A stretch of DNA of 62,963 bases, counting the filler, from Octopus bimaculoides (lineage: Eukaryota): NCBI RefSeq assembly GCF_001194135.2. It is 3 parts of 3 records of this genome, joined end to end, with 100 filler letters (N's around TTAATTAATTAA, not from the genome) between each part and the next. Parts side by side here need not be neighbours in the genome. Positions count along the whole stretch, not along the records: positions 1 to 27,496 come from NC_068983.1; 2 more parts are not named here. The stretch is one strand, 5' to 3'. The position numbers were made by a program, and so were the translations under genes. Shown one piece after another: positions 13,081 to 24,075 of the stretch. A model generated the notes under the pieces. That model worked only from the letters and a program-made list of their open reading frames with translations, searched no databases and was not told where the DNA came from. Position 1 is the first letter of the stretch, and each line of letters starts with the position of its first letter.

Positions 13081-13708
13081 ATTTGCGTGTTACATATAAC
13101 AGCTAATAGCAAAGGTACTTTAATTGGTTGCAATGAAACTGCTTGCTCGGTCATAAACAACTCTAACTAGCGGCTACTAATTAACAAATCAGAGGTGATG
13201 GCGGGAAGTAAAAGAAAAAGCGAGACTAATTAATAAATAAAGCAAAAAAGCTGATAACCTGCTATTAAGTAACTAATCAGGGAACATGGAAGTTGGATTT
13301 CAATCATTAATTTACACGAATAATGATATATAATTTATCGTCTGCTCATTGCTAATGGCGAAAACAGCAGACGTCATCTTCAGTCGGTTAAACTACTGAC
13401 AAATACAGACATAAAGCATTCAATATCTTTTTTACTGTTTTATTTTTATCTTTTAACTAAATTATGTTATATATCATATTTAATTTTTCTTTAATATTTG
13501 AATTATTTCTTCGTATTGATTATGGAAGAGGTAGGGGTGACTAAATTTTTATAAATTGAAAGAGAAATTTATTGAAAGAAGTTTCAGTCTTTGTTAAACT
13601 CGAAGCATGTGAAATTTCAAATGTCTAATTGGTAAGTTCATATCTAAAGAGTGAACGGATCGCTAACAGAGCGTCCAGCCAACATATTGTTTTGTAACAG
13701 CAGTATTG

Positions 13709-13763
<55 letters not shown>

Positions 13764-13954
13764 CATCATCATCATCATCATCATCATCAACCTCATCATC
13801 AGTAGTAGTAGTAGAAGAAGTAGTAGTTGTTGTAGTAATAGTAGTAATTAGTTAAGGCGATGACCAATGTCTATGTGAAATAAACGAACGAAAATAATGA
13901 ATCTCGAACATGTATGTGGTCTGTTGGATATGTGTGTGCGCGTGTGTGTGTGTA

Positions 13955-14762
13955 TACAAGACTATTCATTTTAAGGGAGGTTGCAGTCACTTAAATAAAT
14001 CACAGCATTTGGTTAGTAATTATTTTATCGACATCGGATATGATGAAAGAAAAAAAACTGGTCACCGCGTGATTTGAACTTAGAGCATAAAATAATATGA
14101 ATACAGTGAAACATTTTGTGCAGTACTAACAGATTTTGCCATCCAGTAATAATAATGATGATTTCTATGTTAAGCAGAAGAGCTAAATATCTTTATACAG
14201 GGAAAAAGGCAATCTCTTAGGTTTCTTATATTGATTTCAAAGTTTCGCTCGTACTCTACTTTAATTAGCACGAAGCTGGGGGATACCGTTAACCACCGCT
14301 GGTTATGAAATCAGAATGTAATGATGGGAAGCGACTAATACTACAATACACTTTGTTCAACGTCTCAACTGATTCTACTAAACCACCTGCCTTAAAATAA
14401 TAGCAATGCTTTATGGATTAATTGTTGCTTTTCAAGCTACGACTAGGGCATTTGTAGTACCGAAATAACAGTTCTTGGCTATCTATGTAATTTGAACATC
14501 GACTTAATGGTCTTATTATTATCCATCTAAAGATAATTATAATATAAGTTTCAAATTTTTGGTAGAAGGCCAACAATTTCAAGGGAAGGGCTAAGTCGAT
14601 TGCATCAACCCCCACTGTTAAGCTGGTACTTATTTTATCGACGCCGAAAGGATAAAAGCAAAGTCGATCCCCGGTTGTATTTGAACCCAGAAAGTAAAGT
14701 CGGAAGAAATGCCGTTAAGCATTTCTCCCGGCGCGGTAACGATTTTGTCAACTCGCCGGCTA
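13955..14762 (-). mobile_element. Three diverged SINE family B copies
   Basis: Reverse-complement cores at about 13955-14150, 14180-14395 and 14545-14762. Confidence 0.7.
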
Positions 14763-14938
14763 AAAGATAATTATAACATAACTTCTAAGACAGCTTATAA
14801 ATTTCGAAGAAGAAACTTCTGTAATCTCATGTAATTCCCACGATATACTTGTATTGATAACTGTCACATAATTTCTACTACCTCTCATCGTCAATACCAC
14901 TATCACCATCAAACATCATTACCACCACCACCACCACC

Positions 14939-14999
<61 letters not shown>

Positions 15000-15150
15000 T
15001 CGAAAAATACCTTAGGAATGAGAACCCAAGTTAGAAATTTCCCCAAGACACCTGATGAAGGCTGGAGGGTACATCAGCCGAAACGTTGTGCTAACAACAA
15101 ACAAGATGAGGACAAATATCCGTCAAATGTAAGTAATGTAAATAATGCAC
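15000..15150 (+). mobile_element. Penelope-like element terminal (pLTR-like) fragment carrying the hammerhead
   Basis: Its 3' half (GAAACGTTGTG.TAACAACAAACAAG.TGAGGACAAATATCCGTCAAATG) recurs at 61100-61150, so it is an interspersed repeat. The PLE assignment is inferred from the minimal-hammerhead architecture. Confidence 0.55.
15047..15092 (+). ncRNA. Minimal type-I hammerhead ribozyme motif (Penelope-like element associated)
   Basis: GACAC-CTGATGA-A-GGCTG(gagggtacat)CAGCC-GAAA-CGTT-GTGCT. It has the catalytic core CUGAUGA and GAAA, a 5-bp stem II, a palindromic ACGU stem III, a GUU cleavage triplet, and stem I GACAC/GUGCU with one mismatch. Confidence 0.75.
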
Positions 15151-15611
15151 ACTTGCATAATATCTATAAATATATANNNNNNNNNNNNNNNNNNNNNNNN
15201 NNNNNNNNNNNNNNNNNNNNNNNNNNNNNNNNNNNNNNNNNNNNNNNNNNNNNNNNNNNNNNNNNNNNNNNNNNNNNNNNNNNNNNNNNNNNNNNNNNNN
15301 NNNNNNNNNNNNNNNNNNNNNNNNNNNNNNNNNNNNNNNNNNNNNNNNNNNNNNNNNNNNNNNNNNNNNNNNNNNNNNNNNNNNNNNNNNNNNNNNNNNN
15401 NNNNNNNNNNNNNNNNNNNNNNNNNNNNNNNNNNNNNNNNNNNNNNNNNNNNNNNNNNNNNNNNNNNNNNNNNNNNNNNNNNNNNNNNNNNNNNNNNNNN
15501 NNNNNNNNNNNNNNNNNNNNNNNNNNNNNNNNNNNNNNNNNNNNNNNNNNNNNNNNNNNNNNNNNNNNNNNNNNNNNNNNNNNNNNNNNNNNNNNNNNNN
15601 NNNNNNNNNNN

Positions 15612-15638
15612 GGCGGTGTTACCCTTAGCCCTTGTCAT
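15612..15638 (-). CDS. Gbx: Candidate Gbx first coding exon (start only; continues into gap 15177-15611)
   Basis: ATG at 15638 (G at -3) reads MTRAKGNTA directly into the gap. This resembles the Gbx N-terminus just before the eh1 motif (human GBX2 MQRPLGSSTAFSIDSLI). It is on the same strand as exon 2 and downstream of a TATA box and CpG-rich leader. Only 9 codons are visible. Confidence 0.45.
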
Positions 15639-15645
15639 ATCGGCT

Positions 15646-15681
15646 TTATTGTGTAATGTGGCGCCCCTGGGCAGACATCAT
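15646..15681 (-). other. Upstream ORF (MMSAQGRHITQ*) in candidate Gbx 5' leader
   Basis: ATGATG at 15681-15676, TAA at 15648-15646, 7 nt before the candidate main ATG and in a different frame. Confidence 0.4.
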
Positions 15682-15825
15682 TGAAGTAGCTTCTGAAGAA
15701 ATGGAGCCGCCTTTCGACCGCAGCGGCGCTAATTAAGCAATTTATCCTCGTCCGACAAAAGGAGTCGCAACCGACCCGCCGTACTCAAAGCAACAGCTGA
15801 AAGAGAACACACCTCAAAGCAACAC

Positions 15826-15935
15826 TACATTTCGTTTCCTGTTTTTTCTTCTCTTTTTATATCTGGCAATAACGCTTCCTTAGTAGCAACCTATATTCTT
15901 ACAAATACTGTCGTTAGTTTCCAATAAACAATGAA
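15826..15935 (-). promoter_or_regulatory. Candidate Gbx core promoter
   Basis: Minus-strand TATAAAAAG at 15861-15853; CCAAT at 15921-15925; Sox-type AACAATG at 15927-15933; predicted TSS about 15830-15826. It is followed by a CpG-rich ~190-nt leader ending at the candidate ATG. Confidence 0.45.
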
Positions 15936-15961
15936 TTTTGAATACGAATCAAGCTATAAAT

Positions 15962-16380
15962 TCATCCATCCATCCATCCATCAGTTTTCCTCGCCCACTA
16001 TTCCATGGGACAGTTGAATCTCAAAGCACCTCTTCCTTAGGGTCCTATCAGAAACAATCGTCGTTACACTTTCCCGTTGAAGTTCCAAGCGAGACCAATT
16101 GAAACTGTGGATATTATGCAGCTATCTCGTTCTTGGTCTACCCCTAGGTCTCCTGCCACTTTTATTCGGCTTAAAGATTTCATTTAACTCCCCTTTCTTG
16201 TAACACTGTAACTATATGTTCCTAGTACCGGAGCTGTGACCTCTTAATGCAGAGATGTAGCGACTCGATTGAAAGAGATTCCCTATTCTCCGAGGAACCC
16301 CATTTCGGCCGCTTATGTTCGCGATCCTGCTCTTTCGGTTATTACCCGACATTCCGTCCAAGGGTATTTTAACCTTATGT
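15962..16380 (-). mobile_element. RTE-clade LINE 3' end with (GGAT)n tail
   Basis: Minus strand reads RSQLRYLGHI...SGRRPRGRPRTR..., typical of the RTE C-terminus, and ends in GATGGATGGATGGATGGATG at 15983-15962. Confidence 0.75.
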
Positions 16381-16664
16381 GATTTGAACTATCATTTATA
16401 GCTTGATTCGCATTTGAGATACAACATTTATAGAAGACTCATTTTCTTATTTCTCGATGCGTCTATACTTACATTTTAAATGTATGTTGTTGCGGTTGTT
16501 GTTGTCGTTTAGCCGCAATTTGATATGATAGAACAGACATATGATGATAGGCATTCCAAACGTGGCCACCTCGAGAGTGAATATTGGTGACTACATTGTT
16601 TTAGGCGGTAGAATACATTTGAAGAAATTTAGCTACCTTTGATGGAACTTAAAAATAAATAATA

Positions 16665-16914
16665 AATGTGCCCTTTTAAAGCCTAGCCAGGCTCATGGGC
16701 CCGGTTTCCCAGTTTCAATGGCGTATGTGTTCCCCAGCTGGACGGGACGCCAGTCCATCGCAGAGTTACTCATTTTTGCCAGCTGAGTGGACTGGAGCAA
16801 CGCGAAATGAAGTGTTTTGCTCAAGAACACAACGCGTCACCCGGTCCAGGAATCGAAACCACAATCTTACGATCATGATGCCGACACCCTAACCACTGAG
16901 CCATGCGCCTCCAC
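16665..16914 (-). mobile_element. tRNA-derived SINE, family C
   Basis: Head GTGGAGGCGCATGGCTCAGTGGTTAGGG...GGTTTCGATTCC; central TGTGTTCTTGAGCAAAACAC. Confidence 0.9.
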
Positions 16915-17064
16915 TTGATGGAACTTACCTCTCTCTATATATATTGTGGTTATTGTTGTTATGGTCTAAGCTGATAGATCAGGTCTGTGATTTAAAATGT
17001 TCTACCCGTGGCCGTCGGGATATTTTATAACTAGGACAACATTATTGAAAGTTAGCCAGACAGT

Positions 17065-17413
17065 AGAATAAAAAGGTAAAAGGCCTCCTCGCTCATGAAT
17101 GACCATAGGATTGTACCTACAAAGTTCCCCTCCGAGGCACAAGTCCGGGCAAGGTTGTTTTTGGAGGACCAATAGTCGCCCATGCATACCAGCCTCCCCT
17201 CTGCATGCTACCGATGTTATCCAAGGGAAAGGCAAAAACCTTTACAGCTTGGCACCAGTGTCGTTGCAACTCATTTCTACAGCTGAACGAACCGGAGCAA
17301 TATGAAATAGTGTCTTGTTCAAGAACACAACATACAGCCCAGTCCTGGAATCGAACACACAACCTCACGACTGTAAGCCCGATACTCTAACCACTTAACC
17401 ATGCACCTTCACA
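17065..17413 (-). mobile_element. SINE family C, alternative 3' tail
   Basis: Head and central block shared with 16780-16914; different 3' region. Related copy at 36430-36664. Confidence 0.85.
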
Positions 17414-17582
17414 TTGACTGTAGGATAATTTGAGGGGAATTTAGCTGCTATTTTTGGTAGTTGGTTGACATAGAAATTTCCCTCCATCTGTACATGTCAC
17501 TTATGACAGTACTTTTGTATTTAAATTCTGATTTCAAATACCACCGTAGTCACTTTGGCCTTTTATCCTTTTGGAGCTGATA

Positions 17583-18222
17583 AGGCGGCGAGATGGCAGA
17601 AATGTTTGCACGCCGGGCGAAATGCTTAGCGGTGTTTCATCTGTCTTTAAGTTATGAGTTCAAATTCCGCCGAGATCGAATTTGCCTTTCATCCTTTCGG
17701 GGTCGANNNNNNNNNNCATCTGTACATGTCACTTATGACAGTACTTTTGTATTTAAATTCTGATTTCAAATACCACCGTAGTCACTTTGGCCTTTTATCC
17801 TTTTGGAGCTGATAAGGCGGCGAGATGGCAGAAATGTTTGCACGCCGGGCGAAATGCTTAGCGGTGTTTCATCTGTCTTTAAGTTATGAGTTCAAATTCC
17901 GCCGAGATCGAATTTGCCTTTCATCCTTTCGGGGTCGATAAATTAAGTACCAGTTGCGTACTGAGGTCGATCTAATCGACTGGTCTCCTCCCCAAAAATT
18001 TCGGGCCTTGTGCCAAGAGTTCGGGTCTTGTGCTTCTCCTAGAAACAGTTATTATTATTGCAGTCAGATTCGTTAGTGCGCATGTAGTTACGATTCATTA
18101 CGTTCTGAGTTCAAATTTGCCCGAAGCCAACTTTGCCTTACATCCTTCCGGATCGTTAAATAAAGTACCAGTCACGTACATGGGTCGATATCCTCCAGCC
18201 CCCAGATTTGAAGCCTTGAGTA
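17583..18222 (+). mobile_element. Cluster of SINE family B copies (one duplicated across a gap)
   Basis: Copies at 17583-17706, 17814-18030 and 18055-18222. Confidence 0.85.
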
Positions 18223-18778
18223 ATTAATGTTGTTAATATTGTTGTTGTTAATGTTAGGGTGGTGTTTTATCCCCAGGCCAGCCCTAGTCAAGCAACCCCA
18301 ATATATAAACTCTGATCAAAGACATTCCAGTGGTAACAACCCAGTCTTTTTCATGTATTTTAGACGTAGTGTATCTAGGATTACACTATCTTAATGTACC
18401 TTTTTATTATTGCAATGTTATATAACATAAATACATAGGAAACCGCTAACAATGATCATTCTGTGATGAAGCCTTTTCGATAATAATAACCGGCTGATAG
18501 TGATAATCAGCTGCTAAGACTTTGCAAATAAAGAATCTAGGTTCCACAAATTTCGGTAACAATAACCAGTTAGTAACATTACCTTCGATTATAAGAAACA
18601 GTTTGTATGTTACATGAGCCAGCGAGGAAATCTCTATATGGTCTCCTGATATGCTAGAAATAGCATATCAAAAGCCTCGAATCAAGACCCTCGAATTTCC
18701 ATAAAAGGCAAGGAAACAGTGGATAATATAGTTCTAGATACACGATGCCTATTTTATTGTTATTCTTTAGATATATAT

Positions 18779-18840
18779 GTGAGTGGATTTGGTAGACGGA
18801 AACTAAAAGAAGCCCGTCGTATATATGTATATATATATAC

Positions 18841-18883
<43 letters not shown>

Positions 18884-19068
18884 TCACCCCACCATCGTTT
18901 GACAACCGATGCTGGTGTGTTTACAACCCCGTAACTTAGCGGTTCGGCAAAAAGAGACCGATAGAATAAGTACTAGGCTTACAAAGAATAAGTCCTGGGA
19001 TTGATTTTTTCGACTAAAGGCGGTGCTCCAGCATGGCCGCAGTCAAATGACTGAAACAAGTAAGTAAA
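18779..19068 (+). mobile_element. SINE family A, 5'-truncated
   Basis: High similarity to 25985-26250. Confidence 0.88.
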
Positions 19069-19734
19069 GAGGAATAGCGTGTATAAAACTACATAATCCT
19101 ACGCGCTTTCCTCTTTTCCAAAGAGAAAAGAAAAGGCTGTTAGATGTCAATTGAGTGGATGGGACTGGGTGGAAGACGAAGAAGGTAGACAGACTTTAAA
19201 AAGAAAATGAAAATCAAACTCAAAGAAAACAGTCGAAAAAGGCAAAAAAATAATCATGATACGAGGCGCCTCCCCCGTGAAACAGAAACACTCTCCGCCG
19301 AGGAAGTATTCATCTCCTGTGAAAGGGATCCATATCTTGTAAGAAGGAACCAGCTTCTTCATCGAAATTAAATTAAATTGACAAGCTTTCGCAAGATTAA
19401 AAATCTAATAAGGTGCTTATAGGAAATATACCAGCAATTTCCATGCGAAGTATGGATCGGGAAGAAAATGGAATTATATTTCAAACAACATAAAAACGAT
19501 TGAATATAAATGAAAAATTCTTGACGCACACCACAAATATGTTTACAGTAACGCAAGAGTTCTTCATGGGTGATTTAAGATTCAAGAACTATGAACTGTA
19601 CAGTAAAGGAAGTATTGAAGATGTTTAATCAAGAAGCGTTGGATGGCCTGATCAACGCAAACAGACATTTAAATTACACACACATACATACATACAAATA
19701 TCTAAAGCTGTGAATATATAAATATATAAATAAT

Positions 19735-19905
19735 GTTTTCAAATTTTGGCACAAGGCCAGCAATTTCGTTGTGAGGGAATAAATCCCGAAAGAATGAACG
19801 GCGAAATCGATATTGATCTCGGTGGAATTTGAACTCAGAACATAAAGACGGGCGAAATGTCGCTAAGCATTTGACATGCTACTGATTCTGCCAGTCTGTC
19901 GCTTT
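19735..19905 (-). mobile_element. SINE family B
   Basis: CCCGAAAGAATGAA...GGAATTTGAACTCAGAAC. Confidence 0.8.
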
Positions 19906-19981
19906 ATTCATATATATATATATATATAGTTTATATACATACATACATACATACATATATATATATATATAGTTTATATAC

Positions 19982-20027
<46 letters not shown>

Positions 20028-20429
20028 GTTTGTGTGTATATATATATAAACTACAGACAATAAAAACCCACGAATTTAGAGAGGTGAATATATTTATGTA
20101 ACCACTTGATATCCGTAGGATGACGGCAGTTTCACGCCTTTCATCATGTAATATAATGGTTTTAGTGTATAATAAATTATTTTACACATCTGCACCAGTA
20201 TGCATATACACATTGCACGGTACGATTGTACATTTACAAATCAATGCAGAAACAGACGGTTATTGAACTCTAAAAGTTCGGCGTAAGAGCCCGATAAAAA
20301 TATAAGCAGGCTTAAAAGAAATAAGTACTGGGCACGATTCGTTCGACTAAAATCTTTCAAAGTGGGGCTCCAGCGTGACCGCAGTCACATGACTGATACA
20401 AGCAAAAGATAAAAAGGTAAACGATTAAT

Positions 20430-20860
20430 TATATTAGGTCAACGGCCTCGTCTTCAACAAACTGATTATTCACTCGGTGTGAGGTGAACTTGGGGACCTA
20501 AACGCTATAAGCGAGTTACTTCGGTTGTTATGATCTGAAATGCTAATGTCCATCACTGTCACCGCTACTGCCAACACCAACGCGGCTGTTCAGCTTCTCG
20601 TAAATATCGTGACAATGGCAAATGTTTGGGTGGAGTCAGCGATGACGTGAAGATGATTCTTTATTGAAGCGGATGAAGAGTGCAGGAGAGATAATGGAGC
20701 CATGGGGGACGCCTGATTTAACGTAGTTCCGCTGACTGACTGCTAGGAAAAGAGATAGAAAGATTAGGAAGAGTAGTGGGGAGATGCATAGAAAAATTGT
20801 CGATCCGAGCAGTCTAGCTAACTCTATTATTTCCGTAAGTAGGGAGTTTAAAACCGAATA
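20430..20860 (-). mobile_element. Degraded LINE reverse-transcriptase fragment
   Basis: Minus strand VKSGVPHGSIISPALF resembles the RT motif SGVPQGSILSPxLF; stops and frameshifts follow. Confidence 0.55.
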
Positions 20861-21807
20861 GCTCGCCCATTTAGCTAAATATCATTTATTTAATCAGCTT
20901 ACATTAGTCGTACTATAGACGTATTATAGTGCGGATTTCACTGCAAAACATTCAGCATTATCATTCATGTTATTTCCTTTGTTTAAAGATTTGTTCGTTT
21001 CTTTCAGTAATTGAACTGTGGTCATGCATGGGCGGGATGGCGGNNNNNNNNNNNNNNNNNNNNNNNNNNNNNNNNNNNNNNNNNNNNNNNNNNNNNNNNN
21101 NNNNNNNNNNNNNNNNNNNNNNNNNNNNNNNNNNNNNNNNNNNNNNNNNNNNNNNNNNNNNNNNNNNNNNNNNNNNNNNNNNNNNNNNNNNNNNNNNNNN
21201 NNNNNNNNNNNNNNNNNNNNNNNNNNNNNNNNNNNNNNNNNNNNNNNNNNNNNNNNNNNNNNNNNNNNNNNNNNNNNNNNNNNNNNNNNNNNNNNNNNNN
21301 NNNNNNNNNNNNNNNNNNNNNNNNNNNNNNNNNNNNNNNNNNNNNNNNNNNNNNNNNNNNNNNNNNNNNNNNNNNNNNNNNNNNNNNNNNNNNNNNNNNN
21401 NNNNNNNNNNNNNNNNNNNNNNNNNNNNNNNNNNNNNNNNNNNNNNNNNNNNNNNNNNNNNNNNNNNNNNNNNNNNNNNNNNNNNNNNNNNNNNNNNNNN
21501 NNNNNNNNNNNNNNNNNNNNNNNNNNNNNNNNNNNNNNNNNNNNNNNNNNNNNNNNNNNNNNNNNNNNNNNNNNNNNNNNNNNNNNNNNNNNNNNNNNNN
21601 NNNNNNNNNNNNNNNNNNNNNNNNNNNNNNNNNNNNNNNNNNNNNNNNNNNNNNNNNNNNNNNNNNNNNNNNNNNNNNNNNNNNNNNNNNNNNNNNNNNN
21701 NNNNNNNNNNNNNNNNNNNNNNNNNNNNNNNNNNNNNNNNNNNNNNNNNNNNNNNNNNNNNNATATATATGTACATGTATATGTACATGTATGTATGCAT
21801 ATATATG

Positions 21808-21847
<40 letters not shown>

Positions 21848-22325
21848 CACACACACATATATATTCATACACATAAGAGCGTGCATGCACACATACATAC
21901 ACATGTATACGTATACGTATAAATATTCACATATATTCACATTTATATGCACTTATCTACCTACTTACCTACCTACCTACCTAGATACATACATACATAC
22001 ATACATACAAATGTGTGTGAGTATATATATTTATATGTATGTATGTGTGTATGTATCTATACACACACAGACAAAATATACGTATACAAGATATATTCTA
22101 TATACATTTGTGTGTGTGTGTGTAAATATACATGAGAATAAAATATATGAATGGATGAATGTATATTATATTTACGTATATATTTACGTATATGCATGCA
22201 TGAACAAGTGATTGAGAAGTTCACCTCGCAATCATGAGGTCGCGAGTTCAATTGCACTACTTGATTCTTGAGGACGTGAGGGTCTATTCTGAGTGTATGT
22301 AAATATCTATCTATCTGTCTGTCTA

Positions 22326-22369
<44 letters not shown>

Positions 22370-23877
22370 TTTATCTATCTATCTGTCTATCTATCTCTCT
22401 CTCTCTCACTCTCTCTCTGTATATATANNNNNNNNNNNNNNNNNNNNNNNNNNNNNNNNNNNNNNNNNNNNNNNNNNNNNNNNNNNNNNNNNNNNNNNNN
22501 NNNNNNNNNNNNNNNNNNNNNNNNNNNNNNNNNNNNNNNNNNNNNNNNNNNNNNNNNNNNNNNNNNNNNNNNNNNNNNNNNNNNNNNNNNNNNNNNNNNN
22601 NNNNNNNNNNNNNNNNNNNNNNNNNNNNNNNNNNNNNNNNNNNNNNNNNNNNNNNNNNNNNNNNNNNNNNNNNNNNNNNNNNNNNNNNNNNNNNNNNNNN
22701 NNNNNNNNNNNNNNNNNNNNNNNNNNNNNNNNNNNNNNNNNNNNNNNNNNNNNNNNNNNNNNNNNNNNNNNNNNNNNNNNNNNNNNNNNNNNNNNNNNNN
22801 NNNNNNNNNNNNNNNNNNNNNNNNNNNNNNNNNNNNNNNNNNNNNNNNNNNNNNNNNNNNNNNNNNNNNNNNNNNNNNNNNNNNNNNNNNNNNNNNNNNN
22901 NNNNNNNNNNNNNNNNNNNNNNNNNNNNNNNNNNNNNNNNNNNNNNNNNNNNNNNNNNNNNNNNNNNNNNNNNNNNNNNNNNNNNNNNNNNNNNNNNNNN
23001 NNNNNNNNNNNNNNNNNNNNNNNNNNNNNNNNNNNNNNNNNNNNNNNNNNNNNNNNNNNNNNNNNNNNNNNNNNNNNNNNNNNNNNNNNNNNNNNNNNNN
23101 NNNNNNNNNNNNNNNNNNNNNNNNNNNNNNNNNNNNNNNNNNNNNNNNNNNNNNNNNNNNNNNNNNNNNNNNNNNNNNNNNNNNNNNNNNNNNNNNNNNN
23201 NNNNNNNNNNNNNNNNNNNNNNNNNNNNNNNNNNNNNNNNNNNNNNNNNNNNNNNNNNNNNNNNNNNNNNNNNNNNNNNNNNNNNNNNNNNNNNNNNNNN
23301 NNNNNNNNNNNNNNNNNNNNNNNNNNNNNNNNNNNNNNNNNNNNNNNNNNNNNNNNNNNNNNNNNNNNNNNNNNNNNNNNNNNNNNNNNNNNNNNNNATA
23401 TATAAACAAATAGTAAATGAGTATATGCATATATACGTATCTATCTACCGATCTGTCTATCTATCTATCTATCTATCTACCTATCTATCTATCTATCTAT
23501 CTATTTATCTATCTATCTATTTATCGATCAATCTATTTATCTATCTATCTATTTATCTATCTGTCAGTCTGTCTGTATGCATGTATGTATATGTATGTAT
23601 GTATACATATCTGTATGTATGTATGTATGTATGTATGTATGTATGCATGTATGTATGTATGCCTATTTGTATGTTTGCATGTGTGTATACATGTTTCAAC
23701 GCAAAATATTTAAAAGATAATATGTCAATACCATATACTTTAATTATCACAAGATATGAATTCAATAATATTAAGATAACATGTGACCAGGAATATAATC
23801 AAATGATGTGTAGAAAGAAAATACAGTGAAATAACTGCACCGGATGAGAATTCACTTTTAGATATATGCGTAATATT

Positions 23878-24075
23878 AGGTGGCGAGCTGGCATAACGTG
23901 CTGCATGCCAGGCAAAATGCTTAGCGGCATTTCGTTCCGGGTTTCTGCTGCTGTCTACTTTGCCGTTCATCCTTTCGGGGTCAAGGAAATAAGTACCAGA
24001 TGAGCACAGGGGTCAATATAACCGACTCACCGACTTCCCTGAAATTATTGGCTTTATGCCAAAATTTGAAACCAA
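23878..24075 (+). mobile_element. SINE family B
   Basis: GGCGAGCTGGCA...TTCATCCTTTCGGGGTC...AAGTACCAG. Confidence 0.85.

Noticed and set aside
17485-17938. 222-bp direct repeat (17485-17706 = 17717-17938)
   Set aside because: Identical copies abut a 10-N gap; this is an unmerged contig overlap, not a biological duplication.
19147-19362. Moderately GC-rich ORFs on both strands
   Set aside because: No recognisable motif or splice context; possibly a TE relic.
20903-21043. GC-rich gap edge as an alternative Gbx exon 1
   Set aside because: All three minus frames stop before the GTAAGC donor-like site, and there is no Gbx-like motif.
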